From Bacillota bacterium (GTDB lineage Bacteria; Bacillota; Sulfobacillia; Sulfobacillales; Sulfobacillaceae), in contig JAJZXC010000001.1 of assembly GCA_021846365.1 (NCBI GenBank), positions 1 through 39,044 of the forward strand: a DNA stretch of 39,044 nt, read 5' to 3'. Shown here one piece after another: positions 38,745 through 39,044 of this stretch. The stretch's first letter is position 1. Each line of letters starts with the position of its first letter. The notes under the pieces were generated by a model that saw nothing but the letters and a program-made list of their open reading frames with translations, made no database searches and had not been told where the DNA came from. The position numbers were made by a program, and so were the translations under genes.

Positions 38745-39044
38745 GGGGTTTTAACAGTTTCTCAATAGGTTGTCTATGATTAGCCATAATTGTATAATTT
38801 AGGCATGAGCTCAAAACTTGTGGGGATTCGTGAAGCCGCCGAGTTTTTGGGGGTTACCCCGTCCACATTGCGGCGATGGGAACGCGAAGGCAAACTGTTG
38901 CCCGATGAATGGACCACCGGGGGCTATCGTCGCTATGATCTGGCGCGATTGCGGCCGGAGACGTTTCATCGCGCCGACTCGGGTCGCAGGACCGTCGCGT
39001 ATGCGCGGGTGTCGAGTCATGATCAGAAAGACGATCTGGAACGG
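38745..39044 (+). mobile_element. Left part of an IS607-family insertion sequence (boundary approximate)
   Basis: Abrupt drop in GC from about 38745 (ttttaacagtttctcaataggttgtctatgattagccataattgtataattt) immediately precedes tnpA. IS607-family elements lack clear inverted repeats, so the exact end cannot be fixed from sequence alone. Confidence 0.5.
38805..39044 (+). CDS. tnpA: IS607-family serine recombinase transposase TnpA (5' partial, runs off the window)
   Basis: MSSKLVGIREAAEFLGVTPSTLRRWEREGKL is a MerR-like HTH. It is followed by RRYD and the catalytic-serine motif VAYARVSSHDQKDDLER. A TATAAT lies at 38792-38797, just upstream. Confidence 0.85.
   Translation, partial: MSSKLVGIREAAEFLGVTPSTLRRWEREGKLLPDEWTTGGYRRYDLARLRPETFHRADSGRRTVAYARVSSHDQKDDLER

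Overview
39-kb chromosomal segment, roughly 60% GC, almost entirely coding, with most genes on the minus strand. The gene content points to an endospore-forming Firmicute (inference): an alpha/beta-SASP-like gene, YkuD-type L,D-transpeptidase, DUF421/YetF, PpaX-like HAD phosphatase and the c-di-AMP receptor DarA. The core is housekeeping: MFS transporter, lgt, hemL, ychF, a contiguous argC-J-B-D-G-H operon with a promoter and ARG-box-like site, glnA and asnB. It also holds a translationally coupled sugar-acid/alpha-galactoside operon (GH36 alpha-galactosidase, DHDPS-family aldolase, enolase-superfamily dehydratase, MBL hydrolase) and a CDF metal exporter. Accessory or unusual content, in window order: (1) a group II intron remnant at the left edge, with clear domain V/VI and no intact IEP ORF; (2) a 5'-truncated PIN_3-type toxin relic broken at two T5 homopolymers; (3) a stand-alone Cas4-like 4-Cys PD-(D/E)xK nuclease translationally coupled (ATAATG) to a UPF0173 MBL hydrolase, with no CRISPR or cas genes; (4) a 1113-aa secreted Ig-like-repeat surface protein; (5) an orphan cyanobacterial-AAR-like dehydrogenase with tandem TGTGCACA palindromes at its promoter; (6) a TauE/SafE permease with a CsoR/CstR-type ATACCC-N4-GGGTAT operator over its -10; (7) an unexplained ~1.07-kb non-coding gap; (8) a hypothetical protein with a eukaryote-style C2H2 zinc finger; (9) the start of an IS607-family element (serine-recombinase TnpA) at the right edge. 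No rRNA, tRNA or CRISPR array was recognised. All protein calls rest on reading motifs in the supplied translations; no database search was possible.
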